The translations under genes were made by a program, and so were the position numbers. From Candidatus Brocadiia bacterium (lineage in GTDB: Bacteria > Planctomycetota > Brocadiia > SM23-32), in assembly GCA_046538485.1 (NCBI GenBank), contig JBKHIT010000008.1, forward strand, positions 42,857 through 106,856: DNA of 64,000 nucleotides, read 5' to 3'. Position 1 is the first letter of the stretch, and each line of letters starts with the position of its first letter. This document shows positions 47,185-56,280 of this stretch, piece by piece. The notes under the pieces are model-generated. The model was not told the origin of the DNA. It ran no database searches and saw only the letters and a program-made list of their open reading frames with translations.

Positions 47185-50100
47185 TTACGGCTGAACTTCG
47201 ATCTCCACGGGCTGGGTCGCATCGCGGACCTCCGGCTCGTAGTACTGATAGACTTCCGTCGGAGGCGTCTTGGCCTTAACGGGGTATTTGGCCCGCAGGT
47301 GATACGTGAACCGTACGGGTTCGTTGCCGACAATGCTCTCGAAATACAGGATCACCTGTCGACCGGTCAGGGAATATCGCTGAATCAAGCCCTGCTCTTT
47401 CAGGCGGTCAAAATCCTCCGTCATGACCTGAAAGCCCGGCGGAATGCCCAGATCAACAATTGTCATGCGGGCCACACCGCTCCGGTTGTAGCGGATCGTC
47501 GCCTCGCACGCTAATTTGTCGTCCGGACGCAACTTCGTGGTATCGTACGCTACATCGATGCTCATGGTCTTCTGGGTGGTCGGGGTTTTTCTCTCCCAGG
47601 GGAGGTAATGGGTGGCGACGATCTGGTAGGCAAAATTCGCTTCCCCGGCCGGTTCCAGAGATATCCGGTTGGGTCCGGGTTTCTGGTGTTCGCGCAGGCT
47701 GATCAGCCGGAAAACATCGCTGGTCTCCGGCGTGATGGTCAGTTCTCTGGCGAATTTTCCGTTGACCGAGATCGTGATCGGGAGGTCTTGTTTCAGTTCG
47801 GTTGCGGGCCCGGTGCCAGCAAGGAGGGCGCGCATCGCGTGTACAGTAGCCTGGGTGGAATGCCACGTGCCGGCTGAATCTTTCTCCTCGATGAGCCAGG
47901 CCAGAGCTCTGTGCGCCGTGCCGAGATGAGATTGAGCTTTCAACATCGCGTATGCGGCCAGGGCCGTGGTTTCAATGTTCAGGACATTGCCCCGGGAGTG
48001 GGTCACACCCTCCGATTTGGAACTCCAGTGCGCAAGGTCTCCGTCCTCCTTTTTCGTGGCGTCAAGCATCTTAATTAAATCCCCGGCGCCGGATCGCTCG
48101 CCCGCGACGAGCGCATTGGCGCAGACGGCAAGCGTGTAAGCGTCTTCGTCGCTCGATACGTTCTGTTCGACGTAGTCGAGGGCACGTGAAAGGTTGGAGT
48201 CTACGTTTCCCGACTCCGCCAGAGCCCATGCGATGTAGGCGGTTGTTCGGAGGACGGCGCCCTGGTAGGCGTTGATGGCACCTTCCTGGATGCCCCCCTG
48301 GGTCGGTTCCCATGAGCCATTGCGTTTTTGCTGCGAGAACAACCACCGGCGCGTTCGCTGTATGACGGCGGGATCGACCTCATAAACTTTCGCCATGTCG
48401 TTGAATTCCATCAGACCGTACGCTGTCAGAACGCTGTGGGCGGGCGCGTTTCCGAACCATTCGAATCCGCCCCCGCTGACTTCGTAGGAGAGCAGACGCT
48501 GGTAACCGAGGTTGATGTAATTGAGCGCTTTCATCTCGATTTCGGGCCTGGATTGATCCGTGCGGCGCATGTAGTCGAGCGCCAGAATGTTGGGGTATGT
48601 CACTGAAGACGTCTGTTCGAAACAGCCAAACGGTTTGCGGAAGATGCTGTCCAGTCCTTCCATCACCTGGCTGAAGGCGCCGGGATAGATTTTCACCAGC
48701 AGGTCGGAGGCGCCATCGATGGCCCGATCGGGAATCACGACCGTGCGGTTCAGTTTGCCGGTGAGGCGCCCGTTATCCGTCTGGACGATCTCTTTGCCGT
48801 CGGGTCGGACGCGGACCTTACGCCGGATCGCGTCGGCCATCTCGGATCCGAAAGCGCGAACGGTGAGGGTGTGGCGGCCGGGTTTGAGCGCGCGCAGTTT
48901 CATCGGGATACTCGTAACTTCCCGGGGACCGATTTCGAGCCGGCGTTCGGTCTCCCCGAGCATCTCGCACCAATCCGCATCGTCGACTTCCAGCCGGATC
49001 AGCTGGGTTTCGTCGAGATAGTTGTAGAGGGCGATCGGGACGCTGATTTCGTCGTGTTGGGTGAGGGCGACCGGGAAATCAATATCCACAAAGAAATCCT
49101 GAAACACCCGCAGCCCGAAGGTCTCCGCGCCCAATCTTCCCTGTCTCGAGACCGCGCTCATACTGATCCGCCAGGTGGTGATGGAATCGGCGAGCGGGAC
49201 TTCCAGTTGAGCCCGGCCGGCCTCATCGGTAATAAGTTCCGGTTTCCAGAGAAGTGTTTCCGGGAAATAGTGTCGGACGCGGCTGGGGGCTTTCAAACTT
49301 TCATCTGCAGCCTTTTTGCGCCCCTTTGCGGCTCCGCGAACAGGGCTTCCATCAAGCGCTTCAGTCATCTCCGCAAACTTCTGGCGTGCGGCCATCCGGG
49401 CGGGAGACAGTGCCGGGAGGAGCAACCCGGCGAAGACGAGGAGCGCGAGAACGGGCAAGGCACCGCTGCGAACGGCTATCCAGACCGCGCGTTTTGTTGA
49501 AAGTTTCTGGCAGACAGAGTGTCCCGCAATTGACAGCGCGGGCAGCGCCGCAAACCAGAGACCGATCATAATCCCCGCTTCCAGCACAATTGTTTCTTCC
49601 GCCAGGCCCAACTCAGCTTCGGCGATTGCAAGGGTTAGGATCGATACGCTGGCTGCAATATAGGCGAAAGGCAAAAGCGTGGCGAATTTACGGAAAAGCG
49701 GCAGGTTGCTGACTCCGGGGCCCTTCCGGAATTTGAAAACCTTGGCTATGAGGGCTATCAACATGCCGATCCAGGCAATCACCCCAAAACTACCGCTAAA
49801 AAGTTCGCCGTGGTAGCGCGCAAAAGCATTCTCGATAATTAGTTCATCAATAAGCAATCCCACGATGAGTGCTGTGACGGGAATAACCAGTGCCAACAAC
49901 CAGCTTGCTGTCAGCCACCAGCATGCCCGTCGGAGTCGGTTCATCTCTTTTGCATTTAGCTCCGGCACCGGACGTCGTCTGAACAGTTTGTAAAGGCCGT
50001 AACCGACCATGGGCAGCACAAACAAGACATACAGTGCAAACGGGACCTGTGCGGCCAGTTTCAGGACAGCCCTGCGGTAGTTCACTTTCACTTTTCGAAA

Positions 50101-52362
50101 TCGTCTCTGTTTTTCCTCAAATGAAATGCTCTGCGCTTTCCTCGGTGTGGCCGTTCCCTCGGCGGCGGAGAACAGCGCAACCCGGGCTTCTTTCAGTTGT
50201 GGTTCCGATTCCCCACGCGGCTCAATGGCCTCTTCAGCCGTCAGCGGCATATGGCCGTGAATCTCATAGGAAGGTTTGAGTATCTCTTCCTGAAGCGTGA
50301 AATAGACCCGTTCGAGTCCCGGGCGCATTTCCTGGAGAGCGAACACGGCCTCGTCCACTCCGGCCAGGCCCAGCGCCGCCTGTGTTGGTTTTCCTTCGGT
50401 CCCGGTTACCATGAACGTCAAGGTTGCGTTTTCCCCCGGACGGTACGTTTTTTTGTCCATTTTGGTCTCGATCGAGATCTGATCGGGTCGGTTGACCTGG
50501 ACCACTTTTGCGTCGCTCACGATATTACCGTCGGGCAGGATGCGATACGCGTGGAGTTCGAGTGTTCCGAACAGGTCGGGCGGTAGATCGAGTGCAACGG
50601 ATCCGCGCCCTTTCTCGATATCAAGGGCTTTGCTTAACATCGTCCGGCTGTTTTTCACGACATCCACGAAAACCCGGGCCCGTCGGTCGCCGGAGAGGAC
50701 GGATACCTCAGCCGTTTCCCCCGCTTTATAAACGGCTTTGTCAGTGCGGAGGAGAAAAGCGTGGACCCGCTGATCGACGCGGAGAGGTCGGCTGACTTTC
50801 ACCCGGCGCCCTCCGTTGTCTTCGGCTTCGATCGTGAGTTTCATGCGGGGGGACCGGGGGGTGATTTTGACTTTGGCGAGTCCATTCTCCGCGGTGCGTG
50901 TTCTGCGGCGATCAGCACCGATGATCAGTTCGGTCTGTGCCGGTCGGCCGTCGGGATATGACGTCACGATGTAGAGGATGTTTTCGACGCCCTGGACGAG
51001 TCTGCCGCTTTCCGGGAGCACGGCCACGCGTATCGGGCGGGTTGTGACGGTCAGTTCTTCAGTAATTTCCTGGGTATGACCGGCGGTATCGGTCACTTTA
51101 GCTTTGAGAGAAACCGTGGCATCTCCCTTTTTGCGGGCGGTGCCGGTGAAATGGCGTTTCAGAGGAAGCTGGAACGAAAAATGCCCTTCAGCGTTGGTTT
51201 TGCCCTCGGCACTGGCGAACTGACGGAACTTTTCCACAAACTCCGAGGCTGTGATCTGCACCTCCGCGTTCCGAACGGGTTTCCCGAATGTGTAGCGAGC
51301 GGTTATTTCGCCGATGAGCATTTCGCCGGGCCGGTAGAACGTTTTTCCGCAGCTTATGGTGGCCTTGAACTTCGGCAAACGATAACGTTTGACCGTCACC
51401 GTGCGTTCCGATGTGGTGTCGCCGACATGGGCGGAGATGGTGTAGCGACCGGTGTTGACCTGATCGGCGAGCTGGAAATCGGCGGCCGCGATCCCGTATT
51501 GGGAGGTTTTCAGCGTCTTTTTAAAGACCTTGTTGCCTTTAGCGTCTTTGACTTCGATCGTTGCCGGCTGGTCGGCGACGGGGTGGAGGTCGCTGGTGAA
51601 AAGCGACAGGGTCCGCATATGAATCGTCTGCCCGGGCTGGTAGAGCGGTTTATCGCTGCTGATCATTACCCGGAAAGACCGTTCGATGGTGATGGTGCGG
51701 GAGACGACGTTTTTCCCCGCGGCTGATTTTGCGCGCACCCGGAGGGTATAATCGCCTTCCGATAGGTCCTCGGCCAGTTCTGGCTCAACCCGGGCGTTGC
51801 CGTGTTTGTCCGTTTTTGTTGTGCCTTCCCATATCTGTTTCCCACCGGGGTCCACCAGTGCGGCGGATACTTTCGCGTTAGGGACGGGTTTTGATTTTTT
51901 GCCGTCACGCACGAAAAGCCGAAACGACGCGATCTGTCCCGGTGTGACCGCCCAGCGTCCGTAGACCATAGTTTCCTGTGGTTTCGCGTGACGCGTGGCG
52001 ATGTGGCGGTCGATTCCGAGTAAGCCGATGGTTATCAGCGCGATGGCGGCGGCGGCGATTTTCCAGAACCGTTTGCTTCCCAGCCAATCTGCCTTCGGTT
52101 CGACGGGTTCAGAAGCCATGGTTTGACCCTCCATTCCTTTCTTTTGCGTCTGCGCCGCTTTTATGGTCCTTTCGGCCAGATCTTCGGGAGGAGGAGGTGC
52201 ATCCCATTCCCGCAGAGCTTCCTTCTGGCGGCGTATCTTGTCCCGTGCCTGCCGGCATTCGCGGCAGATTTGCAGGTGTTTTTCTACCTGCTCTCTTTCA
52301 TCTCCATCGAGCAGATCGAAGACCAGGTCATAGAGTTTTTGCTGGACTTCTTCGCACTTCAT
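47185..52362 (-). CDS. Zinc-finger anti-sigma domain fused to a thioester-containing alpha-2-macroglobulin with a multi-TM insert
   Basis: HLQICREC and TM; MG repeats (SDKPLYQPGQ, YRLPKF, TDKAVYKAGE, DKKTYRPGE); VDEAVFAL; about 6 TMs; VRHYFPETLLW; ADSITTW; PFGCFEQTSS; GGFEWFG; STQATV; YQYYEPE. Confidence 0.9.
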   Translation of the reverse strand: MKCEEVQQKLYDLVFDLLDGDEREQVEKHLQICRECRQARDKIRRQKEALREWDAPPPPEDLAERTIKAAQTQKKGMEGQTMASEPVEPKADWLGSKRFWKIAAAAIALITIGLLGIDRHIATRHAKPQETMVYGRWAVTPGQIASFRLFVRDGKKSKPVPNAKVSAALVDPGGKQIWEGTTKTDKHGNARVEPELAEDLSEGDYTLRVRAKSAAGKNVVSRTITIERSFRVMISSDKPLYQPGQTIHMRTLSLFTSDLHPVADQPATIEVKDAKGNKVFKKTLKTSQYGIAAADFQLADQVNTGRYTISAHVGDTTSERTVTVKRYRLPKFKATISCGKTFYRPGEMLIGEITARYTFGKPVRNAEVQITASEFVEKFRQFASAEGKTNAEGHFSFQLPLKRHFTGTARKKGDATVSLKAKVTDTAGHTQEITEELTVTTRPIRVAVLPESGRLVQGVENILYIVTSYPDGRPAQTELIIGADRRRTRTAENGLAKVKITPRSPRMKLTIEAEDNGGRRVKVSRPLRVDQRVHAFLLRTDKAVYKAGETAEVSVLSGDRRARVFVDVVKNSRTMLSKALDIEKGRGSVALDLPPDLFGTLELHAYRILPDGNIVSDAKVVQVNRPDQISIETKMDKKTYRPGENATLTFMVTGTEGKPTQAALGLAGVDEAVFALQEMRPGLERVYFTLQEEILKPSYEIHGHMPLTAEEAIEPRGESEPQLKEARVALFSAAEGTATPRKAQSISFEEKQRRFRKVKVNYRRAVLKLAAQVPFALYVLFVLPMVGYGLYKLFRRRPVPELNAKEMNRLRRACWWLTASWLLALVIPVTALIVGLLIDELIIENAFARYHGELFSGSFGVIAWIGMLIALIAKVFKFRKGPGVSNLPLFRKFATLLPFAYIAASVSILTLAIAEAELGLAEETIVLEAGIMIGLWFAALPALSIAGHSVCQKLSTKRAVWIAVRSGALPVLALLVFAGLLLPALSPARMAARQKFAEMTEALDGSPVRGAAKGRKKAADESLKAPSRVRHYFPETLLWKPELITDEAGRAQLEVPLADSITTWRISMSAVSRQGRLGAETFGLRVFQDFFVDIDFPVALTQHDEISVPIALYNYLDETQLIRLEVDDADWCEMLGETERRLEIGPREVTSIPMKLRALKPGRHTLTVRAFGSEMADAIRRKVRVRPDGKEIVQTDNGRLTGKLNRTVVIPDRAIDGASDLLVKIYPGAFSQVMEGLDSIFRKPFGCFEQTSSVTYPNILALDYMRRTDQSRPEIEMKALNYINLGYQRLLSYEVSGGGFEWFGNAPAHSVLTAYGLMEFNDMAKVYEVDPAVIQRTRRWLFSQQKRNGSWEPTQGGIQEGAINAYQGAVLRTTAYIAWALAESGNVDSNLSRALDYVEQNVSSDEDAYTLAVCANALVAGERSGAGDLIKMLDATKKEDGDLAHWSSKSEGVTHSRGNVLNIETTALAAYAMLKAQSHLGTAHRALAWLIEEKDSAGTWHSTQATVHAMRALLAGTGPATELKQDLPITISVNGKFARELTITPETSDVFRLISLREHQKPGPNRISLEPAGEANFAYQIVATHYLPWERKTPTTQKTMSIDVAYDTTKLRPDDKLACEATIRYNRSGVARMTIVDLGIPPGFQVMTEDFDRLKEQGLIQRYSLTGRQVILYFESIVGNEPVRFTYHLRAKYPVKAKTPPTEVYQYYEPEVRDATQPVEIEVQP

Positions 52363-52378
52363 ATATTTTCACTTTCGG

Positions 52379-52996
52379 TTACTGGTTTTGAGAGACGTCA
52401 TGAGCTTCGGCGATATCTTCCAGCTGTTTGCGGAGTTTCTGAAGGGCCAACCGCATTCTGGATTTGACGGTTCCCGGAGGTATCTGAACAGTATCGGCAA
52501 TTTCGGCGTAGGTCATCTCGTGGTAAATCTTGAGGATGAATACCTCTTTCTGTTCGGCGGGGAGTTCGCTGACGGCCTCCTCAATTCGTTCCCCAATTTC
52601 CTGGCACTCTATTCGGTGCGGAGGTGAGGGGTCAGATGAGCGGGGTTCCGGAGAACCGTTGAGCGGACGTGAATCTCTGCTTCCTTTTTTGCGCCAGTGC
52701 GAGCGACAGAGGTTCGTCGCGATTGTGTAGAGCCAGGTTTTGAACGAACTGTTTCCCCGGAAAGATTCGGCCTTCTGGAAGACCCGCATAAACGTTTCCT
52801 GAAAAAGATCCGCCGCGACGGTGCGGTTTCCCGTCAGTTTGTAGAGCAGACCATGGAGTGGTTTTTCATACCGCCTTACCATCGTCTCAAACATGGTCAT
52901 ATCGCCCTCTATAAAGCCAAAAAGAAGGTCTTTGTCGCTTAACTCCGTACGATCCCCGCGATAAGAGCGACTCTGCGGTGCGGGGGTCGATTCCAT
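52379..52996 (-). CDS. ECF-type RNA polymerase sigma factor
   Basis: Region 2 DLFQETF and FKTWLYTIATN; region 4 LPAEQKEVF, MTYAEIA and GTVKSRMRLA; AGGAG SD. Confidence 0.95.
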   Translation of the reverse strand: MESTPAPQSRSYRGDRTELSDKDLLFGFIEGDMTMFETMVRRYEKPLHGLLYKLTGNRTVAADLFQETFMRVFQKAESFRGNSSFKTWLYTIATNLCRSHWRKKGSRDSRPLNGSPEPRSSDPSPPHRIECQEIGERIEEAVSELPAEQKEVFILKIYHEMTYAEIADTVQIPPGTVKSRMRLALQKLRKQLEDIAEAHDVSQNQ

Positions 52997-53015
52997 TTGT
53001 GTCTCCTGTTAAGCG

Positions 53016-53044
53016 TAGACGCATGGGCGTCCCGAATTGATCAC
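53016..53044 (-). promoter_or_regulatory. Candidate autoregulatory ECF promoter
   Basis: Minus strand GTGATC-N17-CGTCTA, 20 nt upstream of the sigma ATG. Confidence 0.35.
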
Positions 53045-53235
53045 CAAAAAATGCCAAAAAAACAAAAAAACAGCTCCGACGGTCAATTCGGGGTGTGCAT
53101 GATAACTTCTCGGTGGTGGGAACGACAATCAAAACAGCACCGATGGCGGGGAGATAAGGGGAAGAGACGGAAGGGGCATAAGGCACGTCAGGGACTCATC
53201 GGAGTGGAGCTTTGTTTCCGCGGTAGCGGAGATCT

Positions 53236-53577
53236 TAACCCGCTTTTCTCAAGCGGCGCCAGTGCTGCAGCTGCGCGGAAGGCAAAGGCGGGTGTATTCT
53301 TATACCTCAACTGCAGCCTGATAGAGCAGAGAGGCAGAGCCTCTTTCACCAATGTGAAAATTGTGGCGGACTCCCTGTAACTATTGGCAGCTTCTGGTAG
53401 TTTATCGTCGGAGAAACCGCCAACTGGCGGCTGGCGCCGCTCCCGCAGGGCGAACCGCCACCTTTCGACTCAGGTTAGCCACTGTGTACCGAGATCAGTT
53501 GCGAAATATAGTGCAAAGTTTTTCTGTGCCGCCGTTTATAATAATTATATCTTTAGGTTCGGTAGAAATGCGGGGTA
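53236..53577. mobile_element. MITE-like family M, copy 3
   Basis: TAacccgcttttctcaagcggcgccagtgctgcagctgcgcggaag (identical to copy 1 over about 42 nt) ... agaaatgcggggTA. Confidence 0.75.
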
Positions 53578-53600
53578 ACAGTCGAGGCGGACGCGCCCGT

Positions 53601-54977
53601 TCAGACCGCGGGAACTGCCTCGTCGGCGGCTTCGGCAAGCACTGCCAGGCTCTCCTGCAATGCATCTTCTGTGATGCAGAGAGGGGGCGCTATTTTGACG
53701 CACTCGCCTCCGACACCGACCGGTGCGAACATGAGAAGACCTTTCTGGAAACACTTCTCGTTGATTTTGAGTGCCAGCTCGGAGTTCGGGGTTTTCGAGC
53801 CCGGTTCCACCATCTGGAGTCCCGCGACCAGCCCCCGTGCCTGAATGCACCCGACGTGATCCGGATGCCGCGTCTGGATTTCTTCGAGTCCTTTTCGAAG
53901 GATCGGTCCGAGTGTGGCGGCATTTTCGATGAGGTTCTCATCTTCCAGCGCTTCAATTCCTGCCAGAGCAGCGGCACAACAGACGGGATTGCCGGAGTGA
54001 GTTGAGGTCATTGACCCCGGCGCGTACTGGTCCATGAGTTCAGCGGTCCCAAGAACGGCGGAGACCGGAAGAGAACTCGATACGCCTTTTCCGCAGCAGA
54101 TCAGATCCGGCACGATATCGTAGTGCTCGAAACAAAACATCTTGCCCGTCCTGCCAAAACCGCTCTGCACTTCGTCCATGATGAGCACGGCTTCATGCTG
54201 ATCGCACCACTCTCGAAGAGATTGCGCATAGGGCGCGGGTAGAAAATCGGGGCCCACGCCCTGGTAACTCTCCGTCATGACGCCGGCCACATCGTCCGGA
54301 TCGACGCCCTGTTCCGCCAGAGATTCTTCGAAAAGCTCGAAATGCCTATCCTCGGTCTTGAATCCATCGGGAAAGGGTACCTGGACAAATCCGACGTCGG
54401 TGCGCACGATCCAATCTTTAAGTTTTTCCATCCCGCCGGCGAGCTGCGCGCCGAGAGTTCGACCGTGGAACGCGTTTTCAAAAGTGACAATGACATGTTT
54501 CTGTTCTCCGGCCATCCGAACGCCATGGGTACGGGCGAGTTTGATGGCACATTCGGTGGCCTCGCTGCCTGTGGACAGGATAAAAGCTTTTTCGATCGCC
54601 TCGGGAGCCATATCCACAAGTTTCTCGGCCAGGTCGGCCCGGGTTTCATGGGGAAATACATAGGTGGCGAGCAAAGGTCTGTCGTTCAAATCGCGGATAG
54701 CTTTCTGGATGCGTGGGTGGCCGTGGCCGGCGTTGCTTACCAGAACGCAGCTCGACCAGTCGATCCAGCGGTTGCCCCAGCGATCTTCCACATTGAAACC
54801 TTCGGCCCGATGCCAGATTATCGGCGGCTGCCCCTGCATGGATCGTGGTTCGACGCGCCGCAGTTTTTCCAGAATCGGGACGGATTCCGGCACGGGCAAA
54901 GGCGTTTGGATCCGTCGATATTCGGTGTCAATTTCAGGGACATCAACCGGTTCGAGACTGTATTTTCCACCGCTCAT
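53601..54977 (-). CDS. Class III PLP-dependent aminotransferase
   Basis: NAGHGHP, STGSEATE, AFHGRT, DEVQSGFGRTG, CGKG and STHSGNP. Confidence 0.93.
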   Translation of the reverse strand: MSGGKYSLEPVDVPEIDTEYRRIQTPLPVPESVPILEKLRRVEPRSMQGQPPIIWHRAEGFNVEDRWGNRWIDWSSCVLVSNAGHGHPRIQKAIRDLNDRPLLATYVFPHETRADLAEKLVDMAPEAIEKAFILSTGSEATECAIKLARTHGVRMAGEQKHVIVTFENAFHGRTLGAQLAGGMEKLKDWIVRTDVGFVQVPFPDGFKTEDRHFELFEESLAEQGVDPDDVAGVMTESYQGVGPDFLPAPYAQSLREWCDQHEAVLIMDEVQSGFGRTGKMFCFEHYDIVPDLICCGKGVSSSLPVSAVLGTAELMDQYAPGSMTSTHSGNPVCCAAALAGIEALEDENLIENAATLGPILRKGLEEIQTRHPDHVGCIQARGLVAGLQMVEPGSKTPNSELALKINEKCFQKGLLMFAPVGVGGECVKIAPPLCITEDALQESLAVLAEAADEAVPAV

Positions 54978-55129
54978 GTTTCGCTTTCTTCTTTCTGGAG
55001 TTTAGCTTCGCCTCTATTCTGCACGTTTTCGGGCACTTCAAAATGCAGGTCTGCCATCGCTATCGCATCGCACGTCCTTACTCGATCACGTCCGTTTCTT
55101 TAGAACGGGCATCTTCCGCCACGCTTTCG

Positions 55130-56200
55130 TTACAGCTCGACGATACCGCCTTTTTCGAGGCTTTTGTGGATTCCTTCGGCGATTCGGGTGACTTCGAGCC
55201 CGTCGCGCGGTCCGGCATAATGGCCTTCCAGTTCTTCCAGCGTCCCACCTTCCTTGATGTGGTTGACATGGTCGGCGAAGACGGCGATAGAAGCGACGCC
55301 GTACCCGCTGTAAGCCGTTTCTCCGGTCGGGAGCGTCTCTTCGAGGAAGAACACCGGGTTGAACGTGCGATGTCCCCCTTCGGGGGTGGTAAGCCGTGCG
55401 CCGCGGTCCTGGCTGTCGACTTCTCCGAGTCCTTCGGAACCGACGATGCGGATGCCCTGATTCACAACCGCTTCAAAATCATCGGGAAGGATCCACGACG
55501 TATCGAGATGGAAAGAAATGTTATCTTCGAACTCGATTTTTGCCTCAACAGCGTCCCAGGCATCGACACCGAGGCTTTTCAGTTTCCGGCGTTGTCCCGT
55601 AGCCCAGACACGCTGTCCGTTTCGTCCGCCGATACACCAGCGGAACAGATCGATCATATGGACGCCGAGGAACCAGGCGGAGCTGGATTTGGGAGCCCAG
55701 TGGGGGAACCAGTCGCGGGGCACTTCAATTCGGTCTTCCATCCAGGCGTAACCGTATTCCGGCACTCCGAGTTCGCCGTCTTCGATGGCTTCACGAAGCT
55801 GTATGTGGAACGGGTCGAACCGTTTATGGAAATCAACTTCCACGAGGACTCCGGCCTCTTCGGCGGCTTCCGCGATCTCTCGGCAACCTTCGACGGTGGT
55901 ATCGAGTGGTTTTTCCACGAGGGCGTGGCGTCCGGAACCAATGATGTCAAGGGCAATTTCACGGTGCAGAAAATCCGGTGTCACAACTGTGACGGCATCC
56001 AGATCGGCCTCCTCCAGCATCGTCGCGTGATCCGGGTATCCGGTCACGTTGAACTCATCGACACGTTCCTGCCGCAGATCGTCGTCAATCTCCGCCAGTG
56101 CGATTTCATCGACCTTTCCCTGTCGCCTGAGCTGTGTGAAGACACGAAGATGCATCAAGCCGAACTTGCCACCGCCGACAATTCCTATATTCAGGCTCAT
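55130..56200 (-). CDS. Gfo/Idh/MocA family oxidoreductase
   Basis: GIVGGGKFG, VTPDFLH, LVEKP, FHKRFDP and FLGVHMID. Confidence 0.9.
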   Translation of the reverse strand: MSLNIGIVGGGKFGLMHLRVFTQLRRQGKVDEIALAEIDDDLRQERVDEFNVTGYPDHATMLEEADLDAVTVVTPDFLHREIALDIIGSGRHALVEKPLDTTVEGCREIAEAAEEAGVLVEVDFHKRFDPFHIQLREAIEDGELGVPEYGYAWMEDRIEVPRDWFPHWAPKSSSAWFLGVHMIDLFRWCIGGRNGQRVWATGQRRKLKSLGVDAWDAVEAKIEFEDNISFHLDTSWILPDDFEAVVNQGIRIVGSEGLGEVDSQDRGARLTTPEGGHRTFNPVFFLEETLPTGETAYSGYGVASIAVFADHVNHIKEGGTLEELEGHYAGPRDGLEVTRIAEGIHKSLEKGGIVEL

Positions 56201-56280
56201 CGTCTTGCTATCCTTCCTTTAAGACATCCTATTTGTGGCAAAGAGCCACATCTTTTGTTATGGACGAGGACAAATCTTCG

